Shown piece after piece: positions 36,311 to 49,946 of a stretch of 64,000 nucleotides of DNA (position 1 is its first letter; each line of letters starts with the position of its first letter). Location of the stretch: the NCBI RefSeq assembly GCF_018350175.1, contig NC_058368.1:4588001-4652000 (forward strand), read 5' to 3'. This stretch comes from Felis catus (lineage: Eukaryota). A model generated the notes under the pieces. It did no database searches. It was not told where the DNA came from and saw only the letters and a list, made by a program, of their open reading frames with translations. A program made the position numbers and the translations under genes.

Positions 36311-37002
36311 TTTAAAAAGCTATATGGTCCGCTTCTTATGAATTCAGTCGTAATTCACCCTTACAAGATGTATCGTTTTACCTCCTGTTCCAATAAACAT
36401 TCTGCAGCTGTTCTCCAGATAAGAAAACCATTGTGAGCTCCTTGCACAGATGAGATCCCTGATTTATGTCTTGCAGGTGAAGCCAAGATTCCACACACCT
36501 TTGAGCAGATAGTCTACAAGTGACTCAGCCACAGTATAAACAATAGTGTTAGAAGAGGAAATCCTTGTTCCTTCCGACCTAACAGAGTAGACCAAATCAG
36601 TTCGTGGTAAAACGCTGACTATGTGGTTGAAGGACCATCGTTCTAACACTGTTACAAGTTTAGATGTAAAACAATCATCCTTTAAAAGGTCACTTGAGGG
36701 GGAGAGGTTGGATGAAGAGTCAGTAAGTCCATTTCCATGGTCCGTGAATGACTCAAACGTCCGCAGGAATCAACTGTAGCAAGTCTCTAGAGCACTGGTC
36801 CCACCTCCCCACCTACACTTCTCATCTTTCATAGGCTTGCTCTACCAGTGGTTCTCCAATGTCCCAACCACGTGTACCCCCTCCTGCAGAGCACCTGGGA
36901 GCTCTCCCCTCCGGTTCCTTCTCTGCTCTTGCAGGCCGTGGGAAAAAGAAAAGTGCCAAGGTGATCTCAGCTGCATGGACTTGACTATTCTTCTCTCCCT
37001 TC

Positions 37003-37093
37003 CTTTTTTCTTCTTTCCTTCTTTCCTTCTTTCTTTCCTTCCTTCCTTCCTTCCTTCCTTCCTTCCTTCCTTCCTCTTTCTTTTTCTTTTTTT
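37003..37093. repeat. (TTCC)n/(TTTC)n polypyrimidine microsatellite
   Basis: ttccttccttccttcc... Confidence 0.9.
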
Positions 37094-37111
37094 GAAAAAC
37101 CGTATGTTTTA

Positions 37112-37300
37112 GGGCACCTGGGTGGTTCAGTCAGTTGAACCACCGACTTTGGCTCAGGTCACGATCTCGCGGTTCAGGAGCTTGAGCCCCACATCGGGCT
37201 CACTGCTGTCAGCCCGCTTCCTATCCTCTGTCCCCCACCCCTCGCTCTCTGCCCCTCCCCCATTCATGCTCTCTCTCAAAAATTAAAACAATAAACCTTA
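37112..37300 (+). mobile_element. CAN-SINE
   Basis: gggcacctgggtggttcagtc..ggctcaggtcacgatctcgcgg. Confidence 0.9.
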
Positions 37301-37319
37301 GAGGAAAAAAAAACCCCAC

Positions 37320-38050
37320 GGTTGTGAATGGTGCGAAGTTCGGGGCACCCGTAAGCACGATGACGTCACTGCCTGGGTTGGCACCCATCTGGCGCCATCC
37401 GCATCTCGGACCCCGCCTTGTACACCCGCAGTGTCACCGTCTTAGAATCTCCGGCCCACGAGGCCCGGCGGTGCGGCCGGCGACGCTGCTGGAGCTCGCG
37501 AAACCGGAAGGCGGCGACGATCAATGAGGCCCCGTCACGGACTCTGCTAGGGAACCTGGAGCCCGGACGGGAAGACGGGCCTGGAGCTCGAACAGCCGAC
37601 AGCGTCCGTGTCCCCTGCCGCCTCCTCTCCAATCTCTGCTCCCCGTGCTTGCATAGCCCTCCTAGGCCCGCCTCGATGCCTTCCGATTCTCCCATTGCTT
37701 GTCCTCCGGGTCCGACCCGGAAACGGTGAGGGATGAGACCACCTTGACCTTCTTCATCGCTGGGGCTGCATCACCGAGCACGTCCGTGGGCGTGGACAGC
37801 CACGTTCTGCATCAGGTTGCTGCCTCCCTCCGCTCCTGGAACCTCTCTCCTGCTCTCCCCACCCTCCGCTCCGGGAGCCCCTTCCCCCGGGGGTCACCTC
37901 TCGCGTGGAGATGCAGCCAACCTCAGCAGCCGCCCGGTGCCAGCAAAACCACCTGCCACCTTCTGTTGGCACGACCTCGGGTCGCCCGGGGTCCCACACC
38001 CGCCGCCCAGAGCGGGGGGCTGCTCCGTCTCCCTGTCTCCAGCCCCACTA
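37320..38050. promoter_or_regulatory. CpG-rich intronic segment with CRE, ETS and GC-box-like motifs (candidate enhancer or alternative promoter)
   Basis: TGACGTCA 37361-37368; CCCCGCCT 37411-37418; CCGGAAG 37504-37510; CCGGAAA 37717-37723; dense CpG. Confidence 0.4.
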
Positions 38051-40381
38051 GCCTTTCCTCCCGACGCGTTTCCTCCTGCCTGCTTCCTCCCAGGTCTCCC
38101 ACTCGGAGCTTTACCGCCTCTCACCAACGTGGACCTCTCGTCCACCTGCCACGTCTCTGCTCTCCAATCCCTTCAGGGCCCAGGTGCCAGACGAAGCTTC
38201 CTGAAGTGCATCCCCACTCACAGGCCACCTCCCGCTGGACAACTTCCGATGGCTCCCTGGCTTAAATCGTAATCTCCTCCGTCTAGCCTTTGGGGCTCCC
38301 GTCGTTCCTACCCACTCTGACCTCCACCTAGTTTCAAAAACCCTAAGGAGCTCCTATGACGTGGCAAGACACGGTCGGTGGTGTTTTGAGAACAGCAGAA
38401 GAGTAAGAACTGCTCCGATCTCGTGCTACTCCCATGTAAATAAAGATGCCCTTGGCCTCGGTTCCCCCGGACCACGTGGCAGTTTCTGCGGCTGCCTTGT
38501 GTTCCTTGACTCTGTCTACACCGTTCTGCCCACGCAGAAGGTCTCCTTTGCCACGTTAACCTCTCAAAATCCTGCAAGGTCTTCAAAACGTGCCTCACGG
38601 GACACCTTCTTCCACAACCTTAATCCTCCCTTGGCTTCGCCACCACCTAACTCCAATCACACCCTGGGGGACAAGCGCAGACGAGCTCGGTCCCTCGGAG
38701 CCCGTGGCAGGTGTGCCATTGCTAGGGGACTCGGTCCTGGGACAGGAGGGGAGCCGTGCATCCACACCCAAGTGCCCGCCACACCGAACACGCACTAACG
38801 CCAGAGCTTCGGGTCTTGCCTCAGAAGACACAGGTGTTGACGAGCACGTGGGGTGAGTGGGGACAAGGTCAGAGGTAGGGCCAGAGCTGAGAAGGAAGAG
38901 GGGGCTGGAAACCAACATCCTGGAAAACACGTGCGGTTAGCGCAGGAAGGAGACCTACAGGACAGAAGCAGAGCGAGGAGAACAGGGCAGCGGAGTCAGC
39001 AAGCAGAGCTTCGAGAAGGAGGGTCGGGGTGGCCGAGAATCAAGAGGTACCGCGCAAAGGCCATGGACTTGAAGATGATGAGATCACTGGTTAAGCCGGA
39101 AAGTGCTTTCATTACTCGGGGAGAGTACATCAAGCGCAAAGGCTCTAGAAACAAACTCACGGTGAAGAAGAGGGGCAGGCATGTCCCGTGCCCTTGCCAA
39201 GCCACCGGAAGAGGAGGGTGGAGGGATACGGGGCGAGGACCGTTGACGGAGCCGGCTGGGAGCCAGAGCCAGCCAGGGCTGCTCAGAAAAGCAGTCACCC
39301 GCCAGCTGAGAGCTCTGACTGCTTCACCCGAGTCCAGGAGGGACTCACGCACCACTGAGGCAGGGATGATCCTGCAGCGGAAAGAGAGGTCTGCTTTTGT
39401 CTCTTACTGTCCCCTGTCTTTGGACAGTGGAGGAATTAACGGGCTCTGGGAGCCTGGAGGTGCGTGCCCAGTGACAGTACAGGTGACAGCGCTGGGAAAA
39501 GAGGAGGCTCCTGCCGGGGTGTCATAGCACAGAACTCGGTGTTTGCCGGAGCAGCCTCCTACAGGAAAGGGAGGAACAAAAGGCTCCTTGTGGATTCTGC
39601 TTCGTTTGTGGAAACCCGCACCTACACATCGGACCCCCGCGAAGGCTCTTTCCACTCAACAGCATGTGAAGTATGACTCTGCAGAAATGAAATCGCTTGC
39701 TTGATAAATTTGCCAGAGAGAACTTCCTCAGGACACACAAAAGCCATATGCCCCACTATTTCCTGTCCTAGCTCTTGGTAATGCTTTCTTTTCCTCCCAG
39801 TTCCCACTGGTTCTGGTGCCCGTCTCGGACACGCTGCTTTGTGGAGGACTCCTCTCCAAAACCTGTATTTTCCATGCGGCGGATTAACGTGCCCGCTGCG
39901 TCGCTCACCTTTCCATCCACCTTCTGCAACTTCAGGCTGAGAAATCCTGGAAGGTGACATCTCTCCGGCTGTTGGGGCTGGCACCGTGGCATGACTTACA
40001 ACCTGATGACAACCTAAAATCATTTCTGCTGGAATCTTCTATCAGAGTGCACTGCTGAAGTTCTATTTGTGTTTTCTGAGACTTTGGGGGAGCCCGTCAT
40101 TGGTTTGGCAGAGTTGTTGTTGTTACCCCTCCCGCACCTGCTTCTGTTTGAAGACTGTTCCCAGCTCCGGCAACCATATGACATGGAGCTTGGTATAACC
40201 TTGTCATACCTTGAATTTCTATCATTAATCACACTATTAATTTCTGATTGCTGGTGTGGCATCTAATTTCCCTGTGGTTACTCCCCCACTTTCTAATTTT
40301 CCACTCTTAGCTTGTAGTTAATTCTATGTTACGAGAGCAGATGGATAGAGGAAGAGGACTTCCTCTCCATGCCCACAGGTA

Positions 40382-40586
40382 AATTTTTTTCAATGTTCAT
40401 TTAATTTTGAGAGAGAGAAAGCGCGTGCATGCACGCAGGGAGAGAGGGAGACACAGAATCCAAAGCGGGCTCCAGGCTCCGAGCTGCCAGCACAGAGTCC
40501 GACGCAGGGCTCCAACTCACGAGCTGCGAGATCATGACCTGAGCTGAAGTCAGACGCTTTAACTGACTGAGCCACCCAGGTGCCCC
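40382..40586 (-). mobile_element. CAN-SINE
   Basis: Flanks gcccacaggt (40371) / gcccaccggt (40587). Confidence 0.92.
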
Positions 40587-40630
40587 GCCCACCGGTGAGT
40601 TTTAACATCCACATTTCCCCATGTGGTGGT

Positions 40631-41081
40631 AGTGATGGTTAATTTTATGTGTCAACTTGGCTGAGCCATGGTGGCCAATTGTTTGGTCAAGCACTAGTCT
40701 AGACGTTGCTGTGAGGTATTTTTTAGATGTAATTAACAGTTGAATCAGTAGACTTTGCATAAAGCAGATTACCCTCCATGAGGCAGGTGGGCCTTATCCA
40801 ATCAGTAGATGGCCTTAAAAGACCAAGGTCCCTACAAAGGAAGGAATCTGGCTTCACAATTGCCTTGATTCAAGACCACAACGTCAACTCCTGCTGGAAT
40901 CCCCATGCTGCTGAGCTAACCTACAGATTTTGGACCCACCAGGGCCCACAACTGCATGAACTGATTCCTTAAAACCAATCATTCATTCATTCTTCCATTC
41001 ATTTTCTCTCTACACATACATACATACACACATACATACGTACAATTGGTTGTGTTTCTCTAAAGAGCCTTGATAAATCCA
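40631..41081 (+). mobile_element. MLT2-like (ERVL) solo LTR
   Basis: Starts gtgatggttaattttatgtgtcaacttggctg..; internal taaagcagattaccctccat..gtgggccttatccaatcagt; simple-repeat tract near the 3' end; ends attggttgtgtttctctaaagagccttgataaatcca. Confidence 0.85.
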
Positions 41082-42866
41082 GGTTATTAGATACTTTGAA
41101 TAAAATTCATCCTACGATCTTTTAAATACCATGCCTATTAAGTTAAAACCAATGATCTGCTTAAGGTTTCTGAAATGAGACCATGTTAAAAGACTTGATA
41201 TACAGAACTACCAATAATCATGATGCCAAGAAGTATAGAAGTCTGCTAATGGATTTTAAATTATAGGAGCAATTATTTCTAGAGGTAATAACAAAGTCGT
41301 AACTTCATTTCAAGTCTCAGTCTCTTAATCCTCTATACTGGTTTATTTCTTACTGAATGGATCTCCAGGTAGCTTCAGAAAAAGTATAGCCTTGAATTAG
41401 GAAAATCTAAATTACAGGCCCCTAAAAATCACGCTCATGGCAGAATGTCGCCAATAAATAAAATCCCTCGTGAAAGAAAATCTTTGCTAAAGCAATAGAA
41501 TTTTACTGAGTGCCTACCACATGCATTGGGAACTATTGTAATAGAAACGAACATCCACTCAGTGCCGCAAACACATGTCACAGTGAGGTACACTGGTCGC
41601 CATTATTAGGAAAGGCTTATATTGAGTTACATAAAGAGGGTAAATGCGCACATTGGTAGTAAGTACAATTATAGAATAGGTCTCCTGGAGAATCAAAACA
41701 TAATGCTACATGAATGCACTTCTCCGAAGACTGATTCCCACTGTCTGCCCTTAAAGGCATTCGCGATTCCATGAGGTAACAACTAACGTTATCTTCTCCA
41801 ATCCTGTAATAGCAAAGCACTGGCCACTTTCTGTGGATTCCTCGACTTGACCTTAAACTCAGAACCCTAACCAAACAATGGATTCTCCTTTAACTCTGAT
41901 CTTCGTGAAGATAACTAAAGAATATTTCATTTTAAAAACAACAGACTGGGCCCACTGCACCTTTCCAAGTCTGCAAAAGGACACTAAACAGGTCACACCA
42001 CAGAAGATACGATTTTGTTTTAGGCCCCGGTGCTCCGCAGAAGAGCTCAGACGGTGACATTATCAGCGCTTTGAACTTTGTCCCTACACAGAAGGCAAAA
42101 ACCCACCAGTATGACTTGAAAGTCCGTGCTGTTGCCTGGCATTAAGTTAATATATAACAACAATCACACATCAGAGAGAAAAACAACTCGGCAAGTTAAA
42201 TATACACTCTAGGAAAACCAAAAGCGGCAACAAGAAGAAAGTGACAACCTGTGCAATCCGGTTGGCCCTATTTGTAGGCCTTTTTTCTGCACTTTCCCAT
42301 ATATGTGAGGACTTCTGCTTGTGACCAGGCGGTTCTGACTGCGGACAGCGGGGCTCACCTCTGATCCACCCCACAGGCGGGTTCTGTTGAACTCAGTGGT
42401 GGTGATTTCAAGAGAAAAGCTCTCCGGCCACCCAGGTTCAGGTGGAACCGAAGATTCCTCCCGGAGAGAACGTTCTGCGTGGAATTTCAACATCCAGGTG
42501 ACCTGAACGCTAATTTCTCAAAACGAGTCATTCTCTGAGCCCTGCCACCAGACAGCTACTCAAAATCAGCCATTCAAACATCTGTGTCAGCGCATATCAC
42601 AAATACAGAAATCCACAGAGCTCCAGCCACTCGTCATTTAACACTCAATTGTTAAATTGAGTGTTACTTCTCACCACAATCCTGAAAAAAAAAAAAAAAA
42701 ACGCTTCTGGGTGACTTTTAGCAAGTTATCTTATCTCACTCAGCTTCAGGCTTATTTGCACGCTGGGAGGAATGATGCCTGCCTGGTGCGCTGTGTACAA
42801 GGTGAACCAATACACAAAAGCCTAGGTAGCACCGTTTCATGAGAAGCTTGCGTGATTTAAAACAGA

Positions 42867-42890
42867 CACACACACACACACACACACACA
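42867..42890. repeat. (CA)n microsatellite
   Basis: About 12 CA units. Confidence 0.9.
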
Positions 42891-43876
42891 GAGCAAAATC
42901 AGGACTAGAATGAACTCTCCAAAATTCTGACCCCAGCATACAAAGGAACACAGGTCACCCCTCTCCCTCTCTCGGCCCAGGTGTGCTGACAGGTAAGGCC
43001 ACTCTTACTAGCCAGTGGGGAACATTATCAGGTAATGAGAGCCTTGCCTTGCAGCTCTTTGACAACTTTCCACGCAGAAAGAGTTCCAACGTCTGGATCT
43101 TATGCTCTTTCGTGTCCTAAGTTTAAGGAGTGATGAACCCTGGTCAAGTGTTTCTAATTCTACCATCAATCTGGTTTTGTTCTGATGGCAGGTTTCCATA
43201 TCCTGAAGGAACTTTATATCCATTATCTTTGACCAATTGATGCTCAGTTTATGTGATTTTATATCTGAAACATTCAGCCCTCTGCTCAAACAACCTCCAC
43301 AGGCAAATGAAAAAAAAAACTAGACGAAAAAATTTAGACTCCGTAAGACAGTACCTGAGAGAGCACTAGAAATAATAGTAATAACTCCAAAAAAGGCTTT
43401 ATTACCCTTACAGCTTTAAAGTCATGCATGTGCGTAGCAATCTTTCTCTATCTTTTCCGGTGAGTTATCAACAGTAAGGAATACACGGGAGTATGTCTTT
43501 CTTCAGAAGCTTCACACGCTCCGATCCCAAACGTGGCAATAAAAATAACAGTTCCTGCTGTGTGCCTCTAATCCTCTTTAAGTACCAACCCCACCACAGA
43601 CAACAATACCATGATGGTCACTGCGGTAATTCTTTTGGGTTTCACTGGGTTTGGTTGAATGGACTAGGCTTTGTTTAACGGGCCTGATTAATGAAGTAGA
43701 ACAACACAGAGAGTTTTCTAATGCTGATAAAATCTGCACAGCTTAATGTTTAACTCTATTAGAAACACAAAAAATCACCAGACATGAAGGTATAAAAATA
43801 AATTCAGAGAGAGAGCTACAGTGGGATAAATACGTAACTACAAGGTCACAGCATCACAGCCCTGCTCATCTCATCT

Positions 43877-44090
43877 TAAAAAAAATTTTTTTTAATGTTC
43901 ATTTATTTTTGAGAGAGAGAAACACAGCGTGAGTGGAGGAGGGGCAGAGAAAGGAAGACAGAATCCCAAGCAGGCTCCGGGCTCTGAGCCGTCAGCACAG
44001 AGCCCAATGCGGGGCTCGAACTCACCAACTGCGAGATCATGATCTAAGCGGAAGTCGGATGCTCAACCGACTGAGCCACCCAGGCGCCCC
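43877..44090 (-). mobile_element. CAN-SINE
   Basis: SINE body; flanks ctcatctcatctt / ctaatctcatcctt. Confidence 0.92.
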
Positions 44091-44369
44091 ACTAATCTCA
44101 TCCTTAAAGTACAGGTGGTGGAAAGGACCCTTCTCAGCTCAGACTCTCTGCCTATCTAGAAATAGATTTGCATCTCACCTAACCAGGCCCCCTTCCCAAT
44201 GTAAGATTCTTGTTACCAAAAAAAAAAAAAAAAAAAACCCAAAAACCCCTAAGAGGAATTTTCCACAGGGGTGTTAATAATTTCAACAAAACTGTCCATC
44301 CAAACATTTGCTAAGTGCCAGACATCATACAAGATGTGGATGATGATAAATATGAAGAATACAATTACT

Positions 44370-44565
44370 TAGCATTCGGCACTTAACCAAATGCCAGGTC
44401 CTGTGCTGAGAGTTTCTCACTGAGTATCTCTCTGAATCCTCAAAGGGCCCTAAGAAGCAGGTACTCATTCCTGTGTGACCAGGGAGGAAGTGGGAGACTA
44501 ACATGGCTGGTGAGTGCCTGAACTTGAATCCCTGTTGTCTGACTCAGGAGCCTGTGCTTTTAGGC
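44370..44565. mobile_element. MIR-like fragment
   Basis: tgccaggtcctgtgctgagagttt..tctgaatcctca..aacttgaatccctgttgtctgactc. Confidence 0.55.
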
Positions 44566-45185
44566 ACTTCCGCAAGCACTTCAGTCAAGGAAAAGTTACA
44601 GTCTTTAGCAACAGCTTCCAAAGACATTCCAAAGAAATAACGGAAAAAAAGAACACTCTTTTGTCAAAGTATTTAGTACGGAAAAAATTTAGCCAATCAG
44701 CTATTAAGCAAAATTTAAGGCTTTTAACCAAATCATCTATTGTTTTAAATAAATATCAGAACATTAATACCAGATAAATATGAAATACAAATATTAAACT
44801 ATGGCTCAAACCAGATTCATTCTTTAAAACGAGCTTAAGCCAGTAGTTATAATAGTCATTATGTCCTGAGTGCCTACCAGCCCAAAGTATTGAGCTAACT
44901 AATTAATATTTTACTGTAACCCTCACACCAGTTTCCATATTACGTATGAGAGCACAGACTGAAACCCAGGAGTGCTGCCCCCCAAGTTCTCTTTTAACCA
45001 CACTTAGGTCTGTGTTTGAAATAACGTACATAGTCCTACGAAACTATGTATACCAAAAAAAATAATAAAATAAAACGTGTATACCAATACGAAGAACACA
45101 CACACAGAGACACTCATAAATACTAGGAAACCTTGAAAAAGATTATTTTCCAGAGCCTTTACCACCCTCAAAAAGCTCACAATCA

Positions 45186-45431
45186 GGGGCGCCTGGGTGG
45201 CGCAGTCGGTTGAGTGTCTGACTTCAGCCAGGTCACGATCTCGCGGTCCGTGAGCTCGAGCCCCGCGTCGGGCTCTGGGCTGACGGCTCGGAGCCTGGAG
45301 CCTGCTTCCGATTCTGTGTCTCCCTCTCTCTCTGCCCCTCCCCCGTTCGTGCTCTGGCTCTCTCTGTCCCAGAAATAAATAAACGTTGAAAAAAAATTTT
45401 TTTAAGTTACTAACCTTTAAAAAAAAAAACT

Positions 45432-45471
<40 letters not shown>
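45186..45471 (+). mobile_element. Young CAN-SINE with a composite tail ending in (TAAA)n; no TSD
   Basis: ggggcgcctgggtggcgcagtcgg..; (TAAA) about 10 times at 45433-45472. Confidence 0.93.
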
Positions 45472-45627
45472 ATCCTGAACAAAATACTAACAAACCAAAT
45501 CCAGCAACATATAAAAATGATTATAAACCATGACCAAGTAGAATTTCTCCCAGAAATTCAAGGTTGGTTTAGCATTCAAAAATCAGTTAATGTACTACAC
45601 CATATCAACAGAGGACAAAAAACACAT

Positions 45628-45840
45628 TTTAAAAAAATGTTTTAATGTTTATTTTTGAGAGAGAGAGAAAGAGCACGAGTGTGAGAGGGCGGCGGGGGGG
45701 GGGGGACACCGAATTCATAACAGTCCAGGCTCTGAGCTGTCAGCACAGGGCCCAACAACACAGGCTCCAACTCACGAACCATGACTTCATAACCTGAGCC
45801 CAAGTTGGACGCTTCACCAACTGAGCCACCTGGGCGCCCC
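45628..45840 (-). mobile_element. CAN-SINE in L1
   Basis: TSD aaaaaacacat on both sides. Confidence 0.9.
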
Positions 45841-47005
45841 AAAAAACACATGATTATCTCAACCGAAAAAAGACATTTGAAAAATTAAACTTCCCTTCAC
45901 GATAAAAGCACTCAGCAAACGAGAAGAGAACTTCCCCAACTTGACAAAGCACATCGCCTGGAAACCCACAAGCTAATCACCATACTTCATGGTGAAAGGC
46001 TGGATGCCTTCCCCGCAAGACCAGGAACCAGGCAGGATGCCTGCTGTCACCACTTGAACTCAACACTGTACTGGAGGTTCTAGCCAGGGCAATCAGACGA
46101 GAAAGTAAAATAAAAGACATCTAGATTGGCAAGGAAAAAGTAAAACTAACTCTATTTGCAAAAATAACCCAAAAAACCAAAAAACAAAAAACCATGATCT
46201 TATATGTACAAAGTCCTAACAATAACACTAAAAAACTATGGGACTAATAAACATTTCAGGAAGGCTGTAGGATAAAAGATAAATATTTTAAAAAGTTAAT
46301 TGCATTCCTATACATTTGCAATGAATAATCCAAAATGGAAATAAAGAAAGCAATTCTATTTGCAGTAGCATCAAAAAGAATAAAATACTTAGGGATTAAT
46401 TTACCAAAAAAAGTGTAAAGCTTATCCTCTGAAAACTACAAAATGTTATTAAAGGAAATTAAAGATCTCAATTAGTGGATTTATGGATTGGAAACTTAAT
46501 ATTGTTAAAAGAGCAACGTTCTCCATTATTAATCTATAGATTTAATGCAATTCCTGTCAAAACTAGGCTGAGTGCTTGAATAAATTGGCAAGCAGATCCT
46601 ACAATTCGTATTAAAATCAAGGGACACAGAATAGCCAACACAATCTTGAAAAAGAACAAAGTTAGTCAGCTTACACTTTATAGTTTCAAAACTTACTATA
46701 AAGCTATGCTAATCAATGTAGTGTAGTCCTGGCATAAGGACAGACCCATACATCAGTGGAACGGAGATTCCAGAAATAAACTTTCACATTTATGGTCAAT
46801 TCATTTTCAACAAAGGTGCCGAGACCATTGACTGGGGAAGGAATTGTCTTTTCGATACATGCAAAAACACGCAACTGGATCCTTCTTTCATACATATACA
46901 AACTTAAGTAAAAATGAAGCATAGGTCTAAATTTAATAGCTAAAGCTATAAAACTCTTAAGATGAAGATATACGAATATATTTCATAACCTTGAATTAAG
47001 CAGTC

Positions 47006-47035
47006 TTTTTTTTTCCAGTTTATTCATCTAGTTTT

Positions 47036-47068
<33 letters not shown>

Positions 47069-47220
47069 GGAGGGAGCACGTGAGCAGAGGAGGGGCAGAA
47101 AATCCCGTGTCAACAAGGAGCCCAACACAGGACTCAATCCCACAAACTGTGAGACCATGACCTGAGCTTGACCGTGATCAAGAGTCGGACGCTTAACCCA
47201 CTGAGCCACCCAGGCGCCCC
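47006..47220 (-). mobile_element. CAN-SINE in L1
   Basis: Reverse SINE body with (GA)n. Confidence 0.9.
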
Positions 47221-49424
47221 TGACAATCACTTTTTTAGATATAACACTCAAAGCACAAACAAGAGAAAAAAATAGGTAAGTTGGATTTCATCAAAGTTAA
47301 AAACTTTGATGCAAAAGACACTACTAAATAAATGAAACCACAACCTACAGATTGGGAGGAGGTATTTGCAAATCACGTATCTGATAAAAGTCTAGTATTC
47401 AGAATATGAAAAAACTCTTACAACAACAAAACAGCACACAACCCAATTAAAAAAATGGGCAAAGAGCCTGAATATATATTTTTCCAAAGTTATACAAATA
47501 GCCAACAACCATACGAAAAGGTGTTTAACATCATTATACATCAGGAAAATGCAAATCAAAACCAAATGAGGAAGAGGATTCTGGGAATATGGTGGAATAG
47601 GAAGCAGCAGAAATCTGTCTCCCCACAAGCGCGCGGGTGGAATGTGACTGATGTAGCCATTTTGGAATTCTGGATACCACTGAAAGCATGCAACTTCCAG
47701 GGGAAGACCTGGATGGTAAATTGCCATGGTGAATTTTGGTCAGTTTCAGCGGTTAGCACGACAGCAGCTATCCGTCCCTACTCCCAGCCACGTAGCAGGC
47801 AAGCGTGTTTGGATTCCTTCAGCAGCTTGCAGGAGTCAGGATGGGCAAAAAGGACTCTGTCCTCCAAATATCAGGGATCTGTGCTCTGATTGCCGGTTGC
47901 CGTTTCTGATCAAGAGGTGCAAAGAGGCAGGCGGCCATTGTGACCGCACCTCACCCACACTGCTGCAAGCCCTTCCCCCTCTGCCGGAAGTGATTTTCAG
48001 GAGGTTTAAAAGAACCCGTCCGCATTCCGTTCTCCCCTAGCTTCTTTTTTCCTTTTGGGGAGCCAGACATTAAACACTAAGACATTCAAAAACACCTGCG
48101 TATACAGGGAAAATTAGAAAATAACCATGTGTGCCCACAGAAAGGCTCAGAAAAGACCTAAGAAGTTGTTAAGTTTACGCCTCGGGCCTGTCCTCGGCAC
48201 GATAAGCAAAACAATAACCAAAGAAAAGCCAACTCTGAGGAAGGGACAGGATCTGATTTCCAGAGTTACCACATTATTCCATGCAAATGTCCAATGTTCA
48301 TTAAAAAAAACGAACAACAACAACAACAACAAAAACCCAAGGCATACAAAGAAGCAGTAAAGTATGGCCCATTCAAAGGAAAAAAAATAAACCAACAGAA
48401 AACGTCCCCTAAAAAGACCTGATGGCAGGTCTATCAGACAAAGACTTTAAAGTAACTGTCTTAAGGATGCTCCAAGTAAAGGGAAGATACGGAAAAAGTA
48501 AAGAAAATAATGTGAACAAAATGGAAATATCACTAAGGAGAGACAAAACAAAAAAGACACCAAAAAGAAATTCGGCAGCTGAAAATTAAAAGAACTGAAA
48601 TGAAAAATTCACTAGAGGGATTTAAAGGCAGAGATATGAGCAAGCAGAAGAAGAAACAGCAAACTTGAAGACAGGACAAGGGAAATTATAGTCTGAGGAA
48701 GAGAAAGTGAAAAGACTGAGGAAAAGCAACCAGAACCTGAGAGACTTATGGGACACCATCAAATGGACCAACATATGCCTCATGGGAGTCTCAGAAGAAG
48801 AGAAAGATAAAGGGGAAAGAATACTGGGAGAAAAAATGGCTCAAAAGTTCCCTAATTGGATGAATATAAATATCCATGGAGAATAGCAAACTCCAAGTAA
48901 GATGAACTCAAAGACTGACACTGAGACACATTATAATCAAAAAGCAAGAGAGAAGCAAATCGTCATACAGAATGGACCCTTAACAAAATCATCAGCAGAT
49001 TTCTCCACAGAAGCTCTGCAGGCCAGAGGACAATGACCAATATATATCAGTGTGCTAAAAGAAACCTGTCAACCAAGAATCCCATATCCAGCAAACTGGC
49101 CCTTCAAAAGTATGGGAGAAAATAAGACATTTCCAGGTGAACATAAGCCGAGGGAGTTCGTGATCCCTACCCCTGCCCCGCAAGAAATGCTCAAGGGATC
49201 CCAGCAAGATGAAATGGGACACCAGGCAGTGATTCAAAACCACATGGAGAAATGCAGATCTCAATAAAGGTAAATACATGGGTAATTACGGAAGAGAGTA
49301 TTACTACCTATATAACTTTGGTTTGTAACTCCAAATCTTGTCTGTATATAATTTAAGAGGCTAATGCATTTAAAAAAATAATTAGTTTATATTTTGGGGT
49401 TCGCAGTATATAATGATGTAATTT

Positions 49425-49633
49425 TTTTTTTTTAATGTTTATTTATTTTTGAGACAGAGAGAGACAGAGCATGAATGGGGGAGGGGCAGAGAGAGGGAAA
49501 CACAGAATCGGAAGCAGGCTCCAGGCTCTGAGCCATCAGCCCAGAGCCCGACGCGGGGCTCGAACTCACGGACCGCGAGATCGTGACCTGGCTGAAGTCG
49601 GCGGCTTAACCGACTGCGCCACCCAGGCGCCCC
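49425..49633 (-). mobile_element. Young CAN-SINE in L1
   Basis: Flanking tgatgtaatttt direct repeat. Confidence 0.93.
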
Positions 49634-49731
49634 TATGATGTAATTTTGTAGTAACGACCAAAAGGGGTGAGGACAGACCTATAAAGGAGCAGAGATTTTA
49701 TGTTATTAAGATGGTATAAATTCAAACTAGA

Positions 49732-49946
49732 GGGTTGCCTGAGTGTCTCAGTCGGTTAAGCATTTGACTTCAGCTCATGATCTCATGGCTCATGAGTCTG
49801 AGCCCCATGTTGGGCTCTGTGCTAACAGCTCAGAGCCTGGAGCCTGCTTCGGATTCTGTGTCTCCCATTCTCTCTGCCCCTCCCCCATTCATGTGCGCGC
49901 ACGCGCGCGCTCTCTCTCTCTCTCTCTCAAAAATAAATAAAAACAT
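49732..49946 (+). mobile_element. CAN-SINE whose tail is interrupted by a younger SINE
   Basis: Outer TSD aaattcaaactagag / aaattcaaattagag (about 50207). Confidence 0.9.

Larger units (their letters stand above)
45472..47570 (+). mobile_element. Outer old L1, decayed ORF2 (RT to C-terminal region), 5' part
   Basis: atcctgaacaaaatactaacaaaccaaatccagcaac..catgaccaagtagaattt..gtactggaggttctagccagggcaatcagac..tcaggaaaatgcaaatcaaaacc. Confidence 0.9.

Noticed and set aside
37699..39527. Long ORFs 37699-38265 (188 aa) and 38853-39527 (224 aa)
   Set aside because: Low-complexity translations of GC-rich DNA with near-cognate starts, no recognisable domain and no clear exon structure.
39600..40300. 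Possible retrocopy, numt or endogenous viral fragment in non-repeat DNA
   Set aside because: No recognisable protein, RNA gene, poly-A tail or TSD. A tBLASTx/BLASTn search would be needed to exclude it fully.
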